Assembly: GCF_001194135.2 (NCBI RefSeq)
Contig: NC_068988.1
Coordinates: forward strand, 4,839,962 to 4,903,961
Length of the DNA: 64,000 bases
Direction of reading: 5' to 3'
Origin: Octopus bimaculoides
Taxonomy: Eukaryota
The notes beneath the pieces are model-generated. The model saw only the letters and a program-made list of their open reading frames with translations. It made no database searches and was not told where the DNA came from. Shown here piece after piece: positions 13,881 to 27,879 of this stretch; within the stretch, counting starts at the first letter, position 1, and the number at the start of each line of letters is the position of its first letter. Position numbers and translations under genes: made by a program.

Positions 13881-14937
13881 TATATTACCGACAGCTAAAT
13901 GAACTAATTATTCTACTTTAAAAGAAAATAGGAAGTTGTTGAATACTATTATTTGTTCTAAAAGAATCAGTTGTAACACGGCTACACACTACTTAAAGAT
14001 TTATGCATGGGAAATGTTTTCGGATGTGAAATGGCGGAAGATTTCAGAAAAAAGTTTCACAATATTTAATTTTTGAAGATAATATTTAAAAAATTAATAT
14101 TCGAGAGAAACCAATAAATAATTGTCAGAGGATAAAATTGAATACGTGTTACAACAAGGAATACCACCCACAATATTTAACTATAAAATTTAATTTCATT
14201 TGTAAGCTAATTTTCTAAGATGATAAAACAGGAGTTGAAAACAAAATTATAGGAATTAGAATCCAATGCAACTATAGAATTAGTTCACAATGACGAGTTT
14301 CCAGAAACGTATCTGATAAAAGCATTCACTACATTTAGAATGTTTCATTATTAGTTGTTTAATTATGGTAATTCTATTGGATTCAGTGTGTCATTGAAAA
14401 TGGGTGAAACAGTTTTACTTCGCTAATACAAGGATGTATTCATCAATCCATTGATGAGGAAATCTATACCACTATGGTACTGGGTACGGATACACATTTC
14501 TTGAACTATCAAGGGAGATAAAGACAGTTTCATTCATTTCCATGGGCACATTTTTAATAATACTATGAATTAATGATGGCCATACAAATGTAAATACTGT
14601 CAAGTAGTACCGTTCAATCAATGAATAAGATTCGATTAGGAATAGTTCACATTTTTCAAGAGTATCAACATTGAAACATTTTGACAATCATTCAATTTTT
14701 GATTTTGACGTTTCCTCTTGTGGGAAACCAAAATAATATAAATCTAAAATATATCTGATAAACTATATGAAGTGAAAGAAATATAGACAGAGTGTTTTAA
14801 GTTGTTGCAGTTGGTATAGCAGGGACATTTCATAAGGAAATAAACCATAATGTTAAATCTAAACCATATTGATTTCGATATGTGAGAGAAAGAGAGTGAG
14901 ATAGTGAGGAAGTAATAGAGAGAACGGGAGATATGAA

Positions 14938-14988
<51 letters not shown>

Positions 14989-17099
14989 ATGTGTATTGTT
15001 CGATCTGAACTGTCTCAGTAAAAGTAAAATTGGGGTAGGAAAGAGATCCCCTTTAAAATGTGACCAAGGATTTCCAACAAACAAAATGAACAGGCCGTTC
15101 CTTTAAGAATTTCGTTCTGCGCTAGGTCATTAGTAAACTGAAAATAATATAGTTGGAGTTAAGTTGAATGTATCTTTCNNNNNNNNNNNNNNNNNNNNNN
15201 NNNNNNNNNNNNNNNNNNNNNNNNNNNNNNNNNNNNNNNNNNNNNNNNNNNNNNNNNNNNNNNNNNNNNNNNNNNNNNNNNNNNNNNNNNNNNNNNNNNN
15301 NNNNNNNNNNNNNNNNNNNNNNNNNNNNNNNNNNNNATATATATATATATATAATTCTTAAAATATTCTGGTGTAAAAAGAGATGAGCAAATACGTTTGA
15401 TCAAACAAAAATACTAATTATATTTGAGAATATAATTTCACGCGTTTAGCCAGAAATTTCCCTAAACCAGTCAAATATATCGGATCAGCTCTAACTCAAA
15501 TATCATAGTTCCAAGTTTAACAATTAAACGTTTCAAATATAATAAATCAATATATATTTTCGAAATAATAATGTGATTGACGTTATTGGTTGGGTTCATT
15601 ATCGCCCGTATAAATCACTATCGATAAGAGATTGAATCGCATAAAGAAGCAAAATTTTCTAGTGGCAAGCCGAAGTTAAAAGCTTACGTAATTTTCGTCT
15701 CATGTTCACCATATGTTTGTATGTGTGTGTCTGTATTGTATATGCATATATATGGCATGTATATGTGTACATATGGGAATGCATGTGTGAAGCTGTGGGA
15801 TTGTGTGTGTGTGTGTGTAGGTGTGCGTGTGTGCTTGTGTTCGTGTGTGTATGTGTGCGTGTGTGCTTGTGTTCGTGTGTACGTCTGTGTAATGAGACAA
15901 GCAGAAAATATTTTTGACATTATTGTATGTACAGGTCGGTATTTCTTCAGTATATCAGTAATATAATGAACGTTTCGGTTGTAGTTCGCGATTCAAACTA
16001 TTTCTCGAAGTCTGGAACTTGTATTCTTTTGCCAATGTACTGAGGAAATGAGCTACCCATCGAAACATATGTATATAAAGACACATAGCTATCAATCTCT
16101 ATCTTTTCAAATAATGTGGCTCGGGGTCTTGCATTTAGCCTATCCTTCGGAGCGATCATTGAATTTGTATCATATTTGGATATATGAGTTAAATGTAGAA
16201 TGAATGCTGTGCCCTAAAACTACATGCACTGTATTGTGCATAGCAGGATATTCAAACATATGTATGTATGTATGTATGTATGTAGGTACGTACGTATAAT
16301 TGTACGTATGTACGTACATATGTATGTCGTAATCAAAATGGTTTTCGTTTCAAACACTCAAAATCAGTAAAAAGGGCGGAAGAACTCAATAAAGAGAACA
16401 GCCAACTAACAGCTGTGAGTGAGAGGCCCTTAATTTTTGTTCAGATGACTCTCTGGAAGGAAAACTGATGTTGACTAGTTCTGTCTTGGCGAACCTTGCT
16501 TCCAGAGTGGGATTGCCCCTATGCGAGAACTTTGCTCACTTTAAAAGGCCTCTGCACGCATCATCTTGGCTAGCAAGCTCTCTGAACCACTGCTGCAAGA
16601 GATGACCATCATTACTATATTTCTGCGAAAGTGTGCAGGTTCCTAGGAGGACTATGAAGCCATGCTACTCATATTTAAGAGAACAATCAGTGGTGACATT
16701 GCTCGAAGTTGTGTGTGGGTGTGCGTGTGTGTATATTTGTTTGTGTGTGTATGAGTGTATATGTATGTATGCAAGTTTACTCGTACACACCTAGTTTCAG
16801 TTAATTTAAAGTTACGCAGCTTCAATCAAAATTTCAAAACTGTTCTCAACCGTTACAGACGTTATAAATCACCATTTAGAACTTTTAAAAACATCATTCC
16901 TCCAGCGTACGCATAATTGTTGTGCATATATTGCCGAATGGATATGCGTATTTGATATTCTCCCCGTGCCGCCACCACCACGACAATGTTTTTTTCCATA
17001 TCTTATGAAAGTTTAAATACCACCGGGTTTCGATCTTTTCTCACAACAACATAGTATGGTCGATTTATTTGACTAAGACATTCGGCATAATTTGGACTT

Positions 17100-18040
17100 T
17101 CGTCATAGGAATATGAATGCGCAGATGACTTTCATAGCGAAAATAGAAGTATCAAAGTTGCGACTATAAAGTCAATTATTTTCAAGTTGGTATTTATCAG
17201 GATTTTTTGACATCAAGCTGTCTGAATGTACTAATGAATGTCTTTGCAAGTGTCTGTTCGTATTCTGGGATACGGTTTGTCTGCCGTCTCAGTACAGTCC
17301 AATATTATTACTGTTTATTCTGTGTCTCAGTGTCTGCAGTAAAAAATGATGAACGAGATCTGAGAAGACAGTGCCATCATAGTTAGCCATTGACATGTCA
17401 GATAACTAGTCTACGTTCTAATTAAAGTAGAAAAAGTTGTCATAAAATAACAGTATTTCGTAGCGTTTATTATTATACTATATGGGCGTTTGGCTATAGC
17501 GGTGGATGTTTTACCAAATTCTGCAGCTAACAGTAGGCGCATGGCAATAGATGTAAAGCTATTAAGAATATTTCAGCAATCCTATTAGCTTGTCGTTCTT
17601 AAGCGTTGGATATGGTTTACATGTGTTTAATATGGTGTCCTAGTTTTAAGTTTCAGCCCAAATCTTCCCGCTGGATCATTTGCCATTATTTTATATTATT
17701 TTTAGTGTTGATTTCTTAGCTTAATTATCTAATATTAGTTTCGAATGTACATTTCTATGATCATACAAATTTAAAATCCTATTTGAATGCATAAATTGCT
17801 TCCTAGATTTTATTTTCAGGGTGGAACTCATTGGATTCGTTCTGTAATCCTGCTTGTTTTATTAGTTTGATTATGGTGACTCCCAATCTTTCCAATATTT
17901 TGATCAACAAACCGAAAGCATGCGTCCTTACGCCATCTTGTATTTAGTTTGCATTTCTTAACCTTTTGTTTTCGTAATCCATCTCATCTGAAGACAATTA
18001 TTAGCACGCAGGAACTCCTGTCCAATTATTCAACGCATGT
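17100..18040 (-). mobile_element. Very decayed RTE-like LINE fragment
   Basis: Scattered RTE-like peptides (MRWITKT, RIW..ILLFYD, WTVLRRQTNRIP) in the expected order, with many stops. Confidence 0.35.
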
Positions 18041-18329
18041 GTGTGTATGAGTTCGAATTGTGTGTGTTTTGTAAGTAATGTGTTCAAAGAATAGTTGGAG
18101 AACGGCGGGATCAGTATTGGTTACTTCAAATTTCGTCTTACACTTTATCAAAGCAACTAATCTCTTCTGGTAACTTTTCATGAAAACGACGCTTATGAGA
18201 TTTTATGAGATTTAGTGAAGAACCTTTACGTTTCGTGTTTAAACCCGTTAAATGCCGCAGGGTCACCAATGCCTTCCATTATGTCACAAGCACAGAGCGT
18301 CAGGTCTCGGTTCTTCCCATTTTCAACAA

Positions 18330-19190
18330 TCGAAGAAGGTAGAGACCAAAGAAAGGTGCGCCATGACCCAAGCTGAAGTACGGCACGCAGGGGAAGAAAA
18401 AGGATAATATCAGTGAAGCGGATTTCCCAGGGAGCCTGCCCTTAATAGAATCACCCAACAGGAAAATCATATGAACAGAACTGTAGAAACTAGAATTTTT
18501 TTGCATCATCCTCCTGATGCTGGAGGTGTAAGACACACTCCCAACACCAGCAAACCTGTAATATGAAAGTGAACAAGTAGTGTAGACTTTGTTTAGAAAG
18601 GATACCGTGGCACACATCTTGTTAGGGTGAAAAACAGCACTCATCCGAAGGAGATACAAATGCCGTCATAAGTCACTTGTAGCATTTACGCACGGGTAAT
18701 GATCAAATTGGTGAGGGAAGGAAAAAAAGCTAGCGAGGACAGAATAAAGAACAACTAGTATGCTACATGGGGGCTATTCATAGGAGGTGAAAGTAGACCT
18801 GGGGTAAGATTGCAGTTCCCCATGTCGTCTGACAACACTGAGTCCAGATGTAGTTTTATGGTCTGAAAAGGCGAAGAAAAGAATCATGATCGAGCTTACA
18901 GAGCCGTGAGAAGTGTATGATCAATAGCTTGCCCAACCGTTATAGAGGATGCTTACAGCCGTTGGAGAGGAAAATAGTGAAATGCAAGAGTACGCAGGAT
19001 GAGAGAAGCAGCAGAAAGAACGTGCTGGTTATGGAGCAATTGAGAGAAGTTAAGCAAGAAGCGAGAAGGATATAATGAGCAGTGATCTGGCCACCTCTGC
19101 TGACTCACTAATAGGAAGGTGTTAAGATACAAGGTTGAAACACCCGATGAACGTTGGGTACATCAGTTCCTCCTGGCCGAAGATACATTC
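18330..19190 (+). mobile_element. HERO/NeSL-like non-LTR retrotransposon with restriction-like endonuclease, 3' fragment
   Basis: MTQAEVRHAGEE, V*DTLPTPANL, DTVAHILLG*KTALIRRRYKCRH (zinc-knuckle region) and TTLSPDVVLWSEKAKKRIMIELTEP* (PD..E endonuclease motif). Confidence 0.75.
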
Positions 19191-19584
19191 ACCAAAGATG
19201 AATACAGAAGAATCCATCAGCTTTTAGATGCTATCAATATCATTATAATGAATAAGGCTATCAGTTGAATAAACTATACTTTTCACAAAATTTCATTGCA
19301 TTTTGCCTCATTTAGATATTTCTATTGCATTATTTAAATATTTTTTTAAAGCTTCAGCGGAATTATTTTGTTTGTTTTTTCGTTGAAACTTTAAAAAAAG
19401 ATATTTGTAATTTAATTCCATTGTTTAGTTTAATGAAAAGTGCATGACAATCGCTCCGCAAATGTTAAAGGAAATACTTATTTCACAACTCCCACAAATT
19501 TGAAATACTAAATATTTCATAAACTAGTCCTTTGGCAGGTGAGACATTTGAAACGAGATAGGAAGAAATATTCCGGCAGCTTAC

Positions 19585-19722
19585 CTTTCTGGCAATCAGG
19601 ATTAGTCCATCCCAAGGCACAACCACTGGTGCAATGACCAAGGATGCTGTTACACACTTCGTCAGGATCTTTACAATGACATTCTTTTTCACAATTATTT
19701 CCAAACCGACCGGCAATGCATT
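19585..19722 (-). CDS. Coding exon, EGF-like/laminin-EGF-type repeat
   Basis: Acceptor tcttatacag|AA and donor G|gtaagc; 138 nt, phase 1-1. Translation CIAGRFGNNCEKECHCKDPDEVCNSILGHCTSGCALGWTNPDCQK; this is a different frame from the ORF-track entry 19483..19746. Confidence 0.93.
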
Positions 19723-21581
19723 CTGTATAAGAAAATAGGAAAGCAATGACAGTATGCCAATGTTTAAATACTTCCTATATTAATATAAACATATATCACC
19801 GTTTCTGTTTCATCCAATTTAAATTTGATGATGTACATTATTTAACAAGCAGAACAAGTAAAACTCAGCCAGCTTAAAAAAAAAGAAATTTCTCAATTTT
19901 CAGCATGCACAAGCTTTGTCAAAAATTAAAATAAATCTGGTAACACAAAAGCAGAATGCATTGTAAAACATTGTTTTGATATATCGGTGATTTAAGACAT
20001 AAAATATAGCTATTAAAAACATATTAGGAGTCATCTAAGCTACTGGTTTATTGGATGCACGAAGCAAATATGGGAATGTAAATGAAAATTTTGAATGTGA
20101 ATTTGCAGAATATGTTCATTTTAAAATAGTATGAAATACGTCTATATAATTTAATGTCTCATTTAGGACAGTTTGTTACCTCAGATAACACTCCATTTAT
20201 GATCATTTAGTTGATATCCATTTTTAATGGATATCATCGATATGATCATAAAGGAAAATTTCAAACGTACACGTGACGATAACTTAATGTTGAAGTGTCT
20301 TGATGGTTGTAGATGAAAAGCAAGTTTTAACGTCCCAGTAAGCAGTGATCGGGTGTTTTATACCCTGGTCGAATCCAAGTAACAACGCCCACGATAACTA
20401 CTTTATTCAAAAGTATTATTAACTAACACCTTTGTAAAACATTGGAAAGTGTGAAGATGAATATGGTTTAAATGATAAATGTAAAGCAGGAAATCATATT
20501 CAGAAACTTTTGTGTACTTCTGTTGCTTTGCTTAAATATTTTGAAGAACAAGAGACAACACTCCAAAAGGAAATACTCGTGGATGCTATAGTATTATAAA
20601 TCTATATAAATCATTTAGAGAACATTTCTATAAGGTGTATTATCGTTCCATAACTTTATACACATGATATACCAAAACATAGGTGTTCTGGTAGGTGCTG
20701 GTAAAATATAGATGTTCTAGTAAGTTTCAATATGTTAGCAAAATAACGGAAGTGATTAATCGATATATGATAGAGATTATTTATTAGCTAGAATTGGAAA
20801 TCACACTTCCTCAATTATTTAGAGAGTATTGACAATAAAACAAACGATCACCTCACCGGAAAGAGCGACGAAACAAAATGAATTCAAATATTCAGCCAAC
20901 GTTATGTGAATGTTTGTATATGTTGTGTGTGAGTGTGTGAGTAGATTTTGATTTTTAAAAAAGATTTAAATATGATTTTACTCAATTGCTGATTTAAATT
21001 AAAATAATAGATTCAGAAAAATACATCTGAACAATGTCTTTTTAGGACAAAACATTATTCAAATGAAAAGGGTTAATGTATCACAAGAAAAACGAATTTG
21101 TATCCAGGACAAAGGTTTTATGAGAAACTACGTTGAACAAGAGTATAATCTTCAATAAAATATCATTAAGCAGCAGATGTATTGATGCATAGAGCAGAGA
21201 ATACAAAGTGAGGACAGACGCAGATAAAAAGTAAAATCTAAAAAAGTGAAACAATAAAACAGTTCTCTTGTATATATTAGTAAAGCCTTTTTATGGTAAG
21301 TTCCATCACATAGACACGTAGCAATGTCGCAATAAATTATGGCAAATGGCGATAAAAATATACTTTTGCTTCTGATCAGGCATGCAAATATATGTAAATA
21401 GAGATCATTAAAATGTTCGAAGCAAATAGTAACGAGACTTATTTGACGTAGAACACAAACAAACATTTTACATCCGTCCCCAAAGATGTATGCAAGAAAA
21501 GTAACTAACTCCGTCGCTCCTAGAAAAACAGAACAAAACCTAGAACTACGGGGCTTGCAGCATATGTATAGATAGACAGAT

Positions 21582-21770
<189 letters not shown>

Positions 21771-22049
21771 TGCTGTACCTGTATGGCCAGTGTAATAGAG
21801 TTGTAAAAGTTTATAATCAAACATTTGTAATCAAATTTGCAAATTATATCATTGTTTAGTAGCTTGTTCACGGTTGTTAGTTTGTCATATTGATAAGCTG
21901 GTTTCTAAGTTATTTTGCAAAAGTCATTGCTTCCGTTTTGTAAGCTAGTATTTCACACCGTTTTCCGATGGACAATCTTCATTTAAAGTCGTGTTTTGTT
22001 TTTTATTCCGTTGAATGAAGTCGCTTGTATACGTACATTCATTTTGTTT

Positions 22050-22381
22050 TTATTGTTGTTGGCACTTCATCGGTTACGACGACGAGGGTTCCAGTTGATC
22101 CGATCAAAGGAACAGCCTGCTCGTGAAATTAACGTGCAAGTGGCTGAGCACTCCACAGACACGTGTACCCTTAACGTAGTTCTCTGAAAGATTCAGCGTG
22201 ACAGAGTGTGACAAGGCTGTCCCCTTTGAAATACAGGTACAATAGAAACAGAAAGTAAGAGTGAGAGAAAGTTGTGGTGGAAGAGTACAGCAGGGTTCGC
22301 CACCATCCCCTGCCGGAGCCTTGTGGAGTTTTAGGTATTTTCGCTCAATAAACACTCACAACACCCGGTCTGGGTTCCAAT
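22050..22381 (-). mobile_element. SINE family B copy, missing most of the tRNA head
   Basis: Reverse complement aligns along its length with 56870-57180; ends in an (AAC)/(AAT)-rich tail. Confidence 0.88.
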
Positions 22382-22489
22382 TAGACTTTTTCCTTTGATC
22401 TCTCTTTAGATCACTCCCGCCCCCTCTCCCTTTCGCTCTTTCTCTCCTTATTTTTCTTTCATCGCCAACAAAAATCTTACTTTGTCTAT

Positions 22490-22746
22490 ATAATAAATGC
22501 GTCCTTTTTAAAGCCTAGCCAGGCTCATGGGCCCGGTTTCCCGGTTTCAATGGCGTATGTGTTCCCCAGCTGGAGGGGACGCCAGTCCATCGCAGCGTTA
22601 CTCATTTTTGCCAGCTGAGTGGACTGGAGCAACGTGAAATGAAGTGTTTTGCTCAAGAACACAACGCATCACCCGGTTCAGGAATCGAAACCACAATCTT
22701 ACGATCATGATGCTGACACCCTAACCACTAAGCCACGCGCCTCCAC
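22490..22746 (-). mobile_element. tRNA-derived SINE with a CORE/Meta-like central domain
   Basis: Head gtggaggcgcgtggcttagtggttagg (A box) and ggtttcgattcc (B box), then tgtgttcttgagcaaaacacttcatttc. A 10-bp TSD ctttgtctat is at 22480-22489 and 22747-22756. Confidence 0.88.
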
Positions 22747-23157
22747 CTTTGTCTATCTACCCGACCCTATTAGTAAGATTTCTATAGATATATATTTTTA
22801 ATTTTGCTGAATGAGATTCAAACTCTTCTGTGTTGATTGAAAACTGAAATGAGGTTCACTAGTCTTGTGGTGAGAGCCAGGGCTTCTAGATTATATTTCA
22901 TAATTACGATAATTAACGCTTGATTTAACAGGTTTTTAACTCGTTGATTATGTCGGGAAATCGTTCTATCCAGCCAATGCGTCTGTTTTAACAATGCTGG
23001 CCATCTTCTACCCATCAGCATTCGATATTTAACTCCTTACCTGACGAGTGATTTCCGTTGTGGTGTTTCAATATTCTTAGAAAAGTTCGCTTCCAGTTGA
23101 AAATCGCGAAAGTCTCACTTGTTGAAACGATTAGTAAAGATTATTTAGATTCAACAA

Positions 23158-23217
<60 letters not shown>

Positions 23218-23995
23218 GCTTCTTCCTTTCTCTCAGTGTATGTATGTGGGAATCCGAACCCAGATATATACCTTCGTTTTGTACAACACCTGTGCATAAA
23301 CTAAAACAGCTCCAACAGAGATCCGAAACCAGGTCTTATGATTCGAGTAGCGGAGCGCGTCTCGCCAGGGACATGTTCTATCAATTGACTTCTACATAAA
23401 ACGATCAACTAATTAGAGGAGAAAGAATATATTGACGTTTCTGTGGTGTGAAATCAATGAATATATTTGAGAAGAACAATATCGGTGTTTTGGAGCTGTC
23501 AAACCGGATGATGTCCTCTTGGATTACATCCTTCAGTGAGTCAGAAAAAAACATTGCAGGTGGTGACAAATAAGTTAAATTACGGAAGTAGGTGGTGTTC
23601 TTGTGTGTTTAACGGTGGGGATGCATTAAAAAATGTTGTCAGCGAAACTTTTTATCTCACAACAGTTGCATATAGAAACTTAAGAGAGCTTTGTAGAGGC
23701 TGAAACTACAGTGTTTGTGCGTTTTATTCAAGTCTGTTTTATGAGAAACATTATACATACGAATACATACGCACACACGTTTACTCACGCAAACATATAT
23801 GTGCACACAAGTATAAACATATATAGAGATTAGAGAGATGGAAGAAATAAAGAGAGACAAAGAGATTATGACTAATTACTAATTGATATGTAAGCTTGAT
23901 AATTTGAATCGGTCAACTACAACGCTTTCTACCGAGGAATCATTGATTAAACAGGATATCTAATATCTTAGTTAAAAATGCTTTTAGATATATAT

Positions 23996-24175
<180 letters not shown>

Positions 24176-24399
24176 TGTGCAAATAGACACACAACACGCG
24201 CCCGCATATTCACTGATGGAAGACTCGTTAAATATGTGTTATTCACGAATCTACTTTCTACATCACCTGGGAGTGGATTCTGGAGTTTAAGATTTAGTAT
24301 AATAGGTAGGTTTCAAATGTTTCTTGTTTTGGTCCTATATCTGTTGTAAGTGAAAAGTACTGAAGTGGGCGGAGCAAGGCCTGTGATAAGAGAAGGAAT

Positions 24400-24660
24400 T
24401 TCTCTTCTAGTGTTGTAATGGGAGTTTTTCCTTTGTAGATTTTTTGTTTAACTCCAGTTGACAGCTAAGTCTATAGTTTACCGAGCGTAGCTCATCGTTA
24501 TTAATATATACTTATATCTCAGTCTTTACCAGTAAAATTTCGACGCCTGTTTTTTTTTGTTTTTATTTTATCGCCCCGGTTGTTCGACGTATTTGTCGGT
24601 ATCTATTTACTGCCCTTCTTACTTATAGAATGTTTGGCATATTAATTTTAATAACTTATA
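24400..24660 (+). mobile_element. Possible Penelope-like GIY-YIG remnant
   Basis: AKSIVYRA*LIVINIYLYLSL resembles KSIVY.A.V....YIGLT of Penelope endonucleases. Confidence 0.35.
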
Positions 24661-24739
24661 AATGACGTCACTACCTAATGATTTATATTAATTGTGGATC
24701 TGTGAAAACCAGCTTTTTAAGATTGGTGCCGAGACAGTT

Positions 24740-25080
24740 TGTGATCAAGTGCTCCACTGATTATAATTAGATATCTAAAGCCGGGGTCAGGGTGTATTAA
24801 TTTTAGATTTCTCATTAGTTTGCCATAGGTAATCCTTTTCCACTAATCTTTAACACTCATATAACATATGCTGAACAACTTCCACTACTTTTCTGGATTC
24901 CACCATGTTTTCAGATTAGCATTGCTTATGCTTTCTACATCGCTGCAGATTCTGCAATATCTCAGGTTTATGCTTTCTATGGAGTTTATAATACAATATT
25001 AGGCTTTCGATATCCTGTTCAAAGATAGATTACAACGCGATAACATCTTCTTCAGTTGCTGCTGACATCCAAGGAACTTA
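24740..25080 (-). mobile_element. Possible RTE-like LINE remnant
   Basis: A short WKRITYGKLMRNL-like peptide and coding-like composition; many stops. Confidence 0.25.
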
Positions 25081-25698
25081 AATATTTACCTCTTTTCGTT
25101 ACGTGTGTATTTATTTCTAATCAACCACTTAGTGATTCAGTGATTAATAGTCGTCTTCTTTTCCATTTAACCAATTGCAAAAAGTAACTCACATTTTAAT
25201 TTTATTCTGTAACTGTCTCTCATTTGTTCAACTTAAATGCTACATCGTTAGCAGTTATATATAACATTCAGTCAGGAAAACAACTTTTATTGTTTACGTG
25301 GTTCTGTGGTCTTCTATACGTACGTGAGCTTCTTTTATTTAAAATTAACATGAAACGTGTTTTGTTCTTAACTCTTTATTTTTTTCCTTTTGAATATGAA
25401 TTATGAAATTTAGTGAAAATATATTTCTAGAGAAATTTACGTCAAATTCTTACATCATTTTCATTAAAATACCTGCTACTCCAGCTATCACAAAACCTCT
25501 AACGGCAGCTCTCGGCAATTATACTTTTTGCAATTTCCTTCACCTACATTTAATATTTGCCACAGTCACCCAGCTTCTCTTCGTTATCCGTTTCCGATTC
25601 CCTTTACGAGTTCAACTACGAACAAAACCATATTCTAATGCACATACCATGCATACATATACGAACAAATAATATAGAGTAGAATATAGATTACTTAC

Positions 25699-25932
25699 TG
25701 CAATCTTTCACGTTGCAATAGTCCCAGCGCATTTTCCGGTCGGTTGTATAGCACCAATTCTTTTTAGAATCATGAGTCACACGACAGTAATTTTCAGGGT
25801 AAACCTTGTCTGCAAAATGTTCTGGTTTGTAAATATCTTGGTCTTCCCATTTTTTACAGGTGTAAAGATTAGCTGTTACCGATTTTTTTCCCATATACTG
25901 TTTGATGTTGCCATTGTAGTAGCAATTTTTCG
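25699..25932 (-). CDS. Coding exon encoding a complete kringle domain
   Basis: Acceptor ttccttttcag|CG and donor A|gtaagt; 234 nt, phase 1-1. Translation KNCYYNGNIKQYMGKKSVTANLYTCKKWEDQDIYKPEHFADKVYPENYCRVTHDSKKNWCYTTDRKMRWDYCNVKDC has five of the six kringle Cys in identifiable motifs plus the terminal Cys, and the Y.G, C..W, NYCR, WCYT and WDYC motifs. Confidence 0.93.
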
Positions 25933-26429
25933 CTGAAAAGGAAAGTAGAAAATTTGTTATAAAACTGAATAAATTAATGAACCAATAGACTACAGACATT
26001 TATGGTGCTGTCTGCTGTTATTTAGGATTAGAAAAATGATGAAAATGTTAAATATTTCACAGCATCGAAATCTAAAAGTTATGTTTAGTCACATCACAAA
26101 GGAACATACCCATGTTGGATATATGTGATACGATTGATGTTCTGTATAAGCATAATGAGACTGACGTCTGAAGGAGGAAAAGGAACCTGTTTCGTTTAAC
26201 AAAGGAAGGACTATTATACTGAGGGTTTATTTCAGAATCTGAAGTCGGTCGTGAAAGAGGAAAAGAGGTGAATGTACCGGGCAAGGCTTGGATTATCTGT
26301 GTCGGGGAGAAGTAGGAATAGAAAATAGGAATTTAGATAGAACAATGAGATAAATTATATGAAATAAATACAGACAGGCAGGTGAGCAGACAGACAGATT
26401 GGCTGAGGGATTGACAATGAGATAGATAG

Positions 26430-26468
26430 ACAAACAACTGGACAGACAGACGAACAGACAGACAAACT

Positions 26469-26531
<63 letters not shown>

Positions 26532-26578
26532 GGACGGCTGGATAGATAAATAGATGGATGGATGGATAGATAGATAGG
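26430..26578. repeat. (GACA)n/(TAGA)n/(TGGA)n microsatellite cluster
   Basis: Read directly from the sequence. Confidence 0.93.
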
Positions 26579-27654
26579 ATTTCAAGGAGTTAATGAGTAA
26601 TTCTGAAATTAATAGATTATTTTCATCATCATCTCTTTGTTGTAATAATAATCAGATAAATCAATAAACAAATAAATGACTACAAAACTAAATCAATCAA
26701 TAGTGATTTGATATATCGAAGAGTTCAGGGATAGAAATTTACAGGAGTGTTGTGTCTGTTGGATGAAGACCAATCCATGTGTGGTAGGATAAAGAGGTGG
26801 ACGTAGTGGAAGGGAATAGCTGCGTTAAGAATGAATATTTATGTAGAGAAGCAGAAAGAAGAAAAAGATAATTGTATACTGAAGCTCCACCTCTACTTTA
26901 TCCGTTAGCGATGTAATGTAATCCATCAGGTTGAATCTTTCGACCTCTCTTCACCATTAAAACTACTCACGCATTCATCCCAAACTGCGTCGTTCCAATG
27001 ACTTCGCTAAAGAGTCTTACCGTTTGAAAACGAGAGTTATATATTCCACAAACTTTGTGTGTATAATTTCAGGTCAGCCGTATGTAATTTATTTCATTCC
27101 TGGTATTAACAAGTTCGCAAGCTGCTTTGAATTTTTTTCACTATACAGAGGAACTGCCACAACTACGAAAAGTAATAAAACGTGAGCGATTCTTCCTGGA
27201 ATATCCCCCCCACCAACCTTCTGTATTTTCATATTTCTTAATAATTCAATTCTACTCTTCAGTCCTGCTTCCTATGATCTCACTGCTATTTTCAGAAGAA
27301 AATTCCAAATTTTCTTATTGATCCCAAGTTCCTCATATACTCCAAAAGCCAACAATGGGAAACATTATTGTATACTTTCAACCCACAGCTATCTTTTTGT
27401 TATTCGTATCACACTTTCTATCATTTTACCGACATCCACCAACTCATCATTCTCCTTTGATTTATTTCTTCATCCATTTTGCTCTTCTGGTAATAGTCGC
27501 TTAATCTTCTGTTATGAGACCGGTTACTAATTTCCAAAGTAAGAGTAATTGCCTTTACTCTGGGAATTTCCTGCTTTGTGTCTGTCTTAGAAACAATTCT
27601 AAGCATTATAAACAGCAACTGTTGTCTCTTGGTAAATACTAGTTGCAAATTTGG

Positions 27655-27860
27655 ACACAAGGCCAGCAATTTCGGGAAGGAGGGTAAATCGATTACATGG
27701 ATCCTAGTGCTCAACTGGTACTTGTTTTATCGACCCCGGAAAGATAAAAGTCAAAACCGACCTCGGCGGAATTTGAACTCAGAACGTGTAAACGGACGAA
27801 ATACTGCTACGCATTTTGCCCAACGTGCAAACGATTCTGCCAGCACACTACCTTCGCCTA
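27655..27860 (+). mobile_element. Short interspersed repeat family A copy
   Basis: Same module (tatcgaccccggaaag..gacctcggcggaatttgaactcagaacg..gattctgccagc). Confidence 0.87.
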
Positions 27861-27879
27861 ATAGATATAAGGTCTTCCG

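Noticed and set aside
14472-14745. Minus-strand ORF KCFNVDTLEKC... and an alternative IYIILVSHKRKRQ... frame as a terminal exon
   Set aside because: No consistent acceptor and phase giving a sensible continuation, and no recognisable homology.
19483-19746. ORF-track peptide NALPVGLEIIVKK...
   Set aside because: Wrong frame; the real exon is the Cys-rich frame at 19585-19722.
21152-21545. 157-aa minus-strand ORF
   Set aside because: Starts in a microsatellite; its composition is that of AT-rich non-coding sequence, with no domain pattern.
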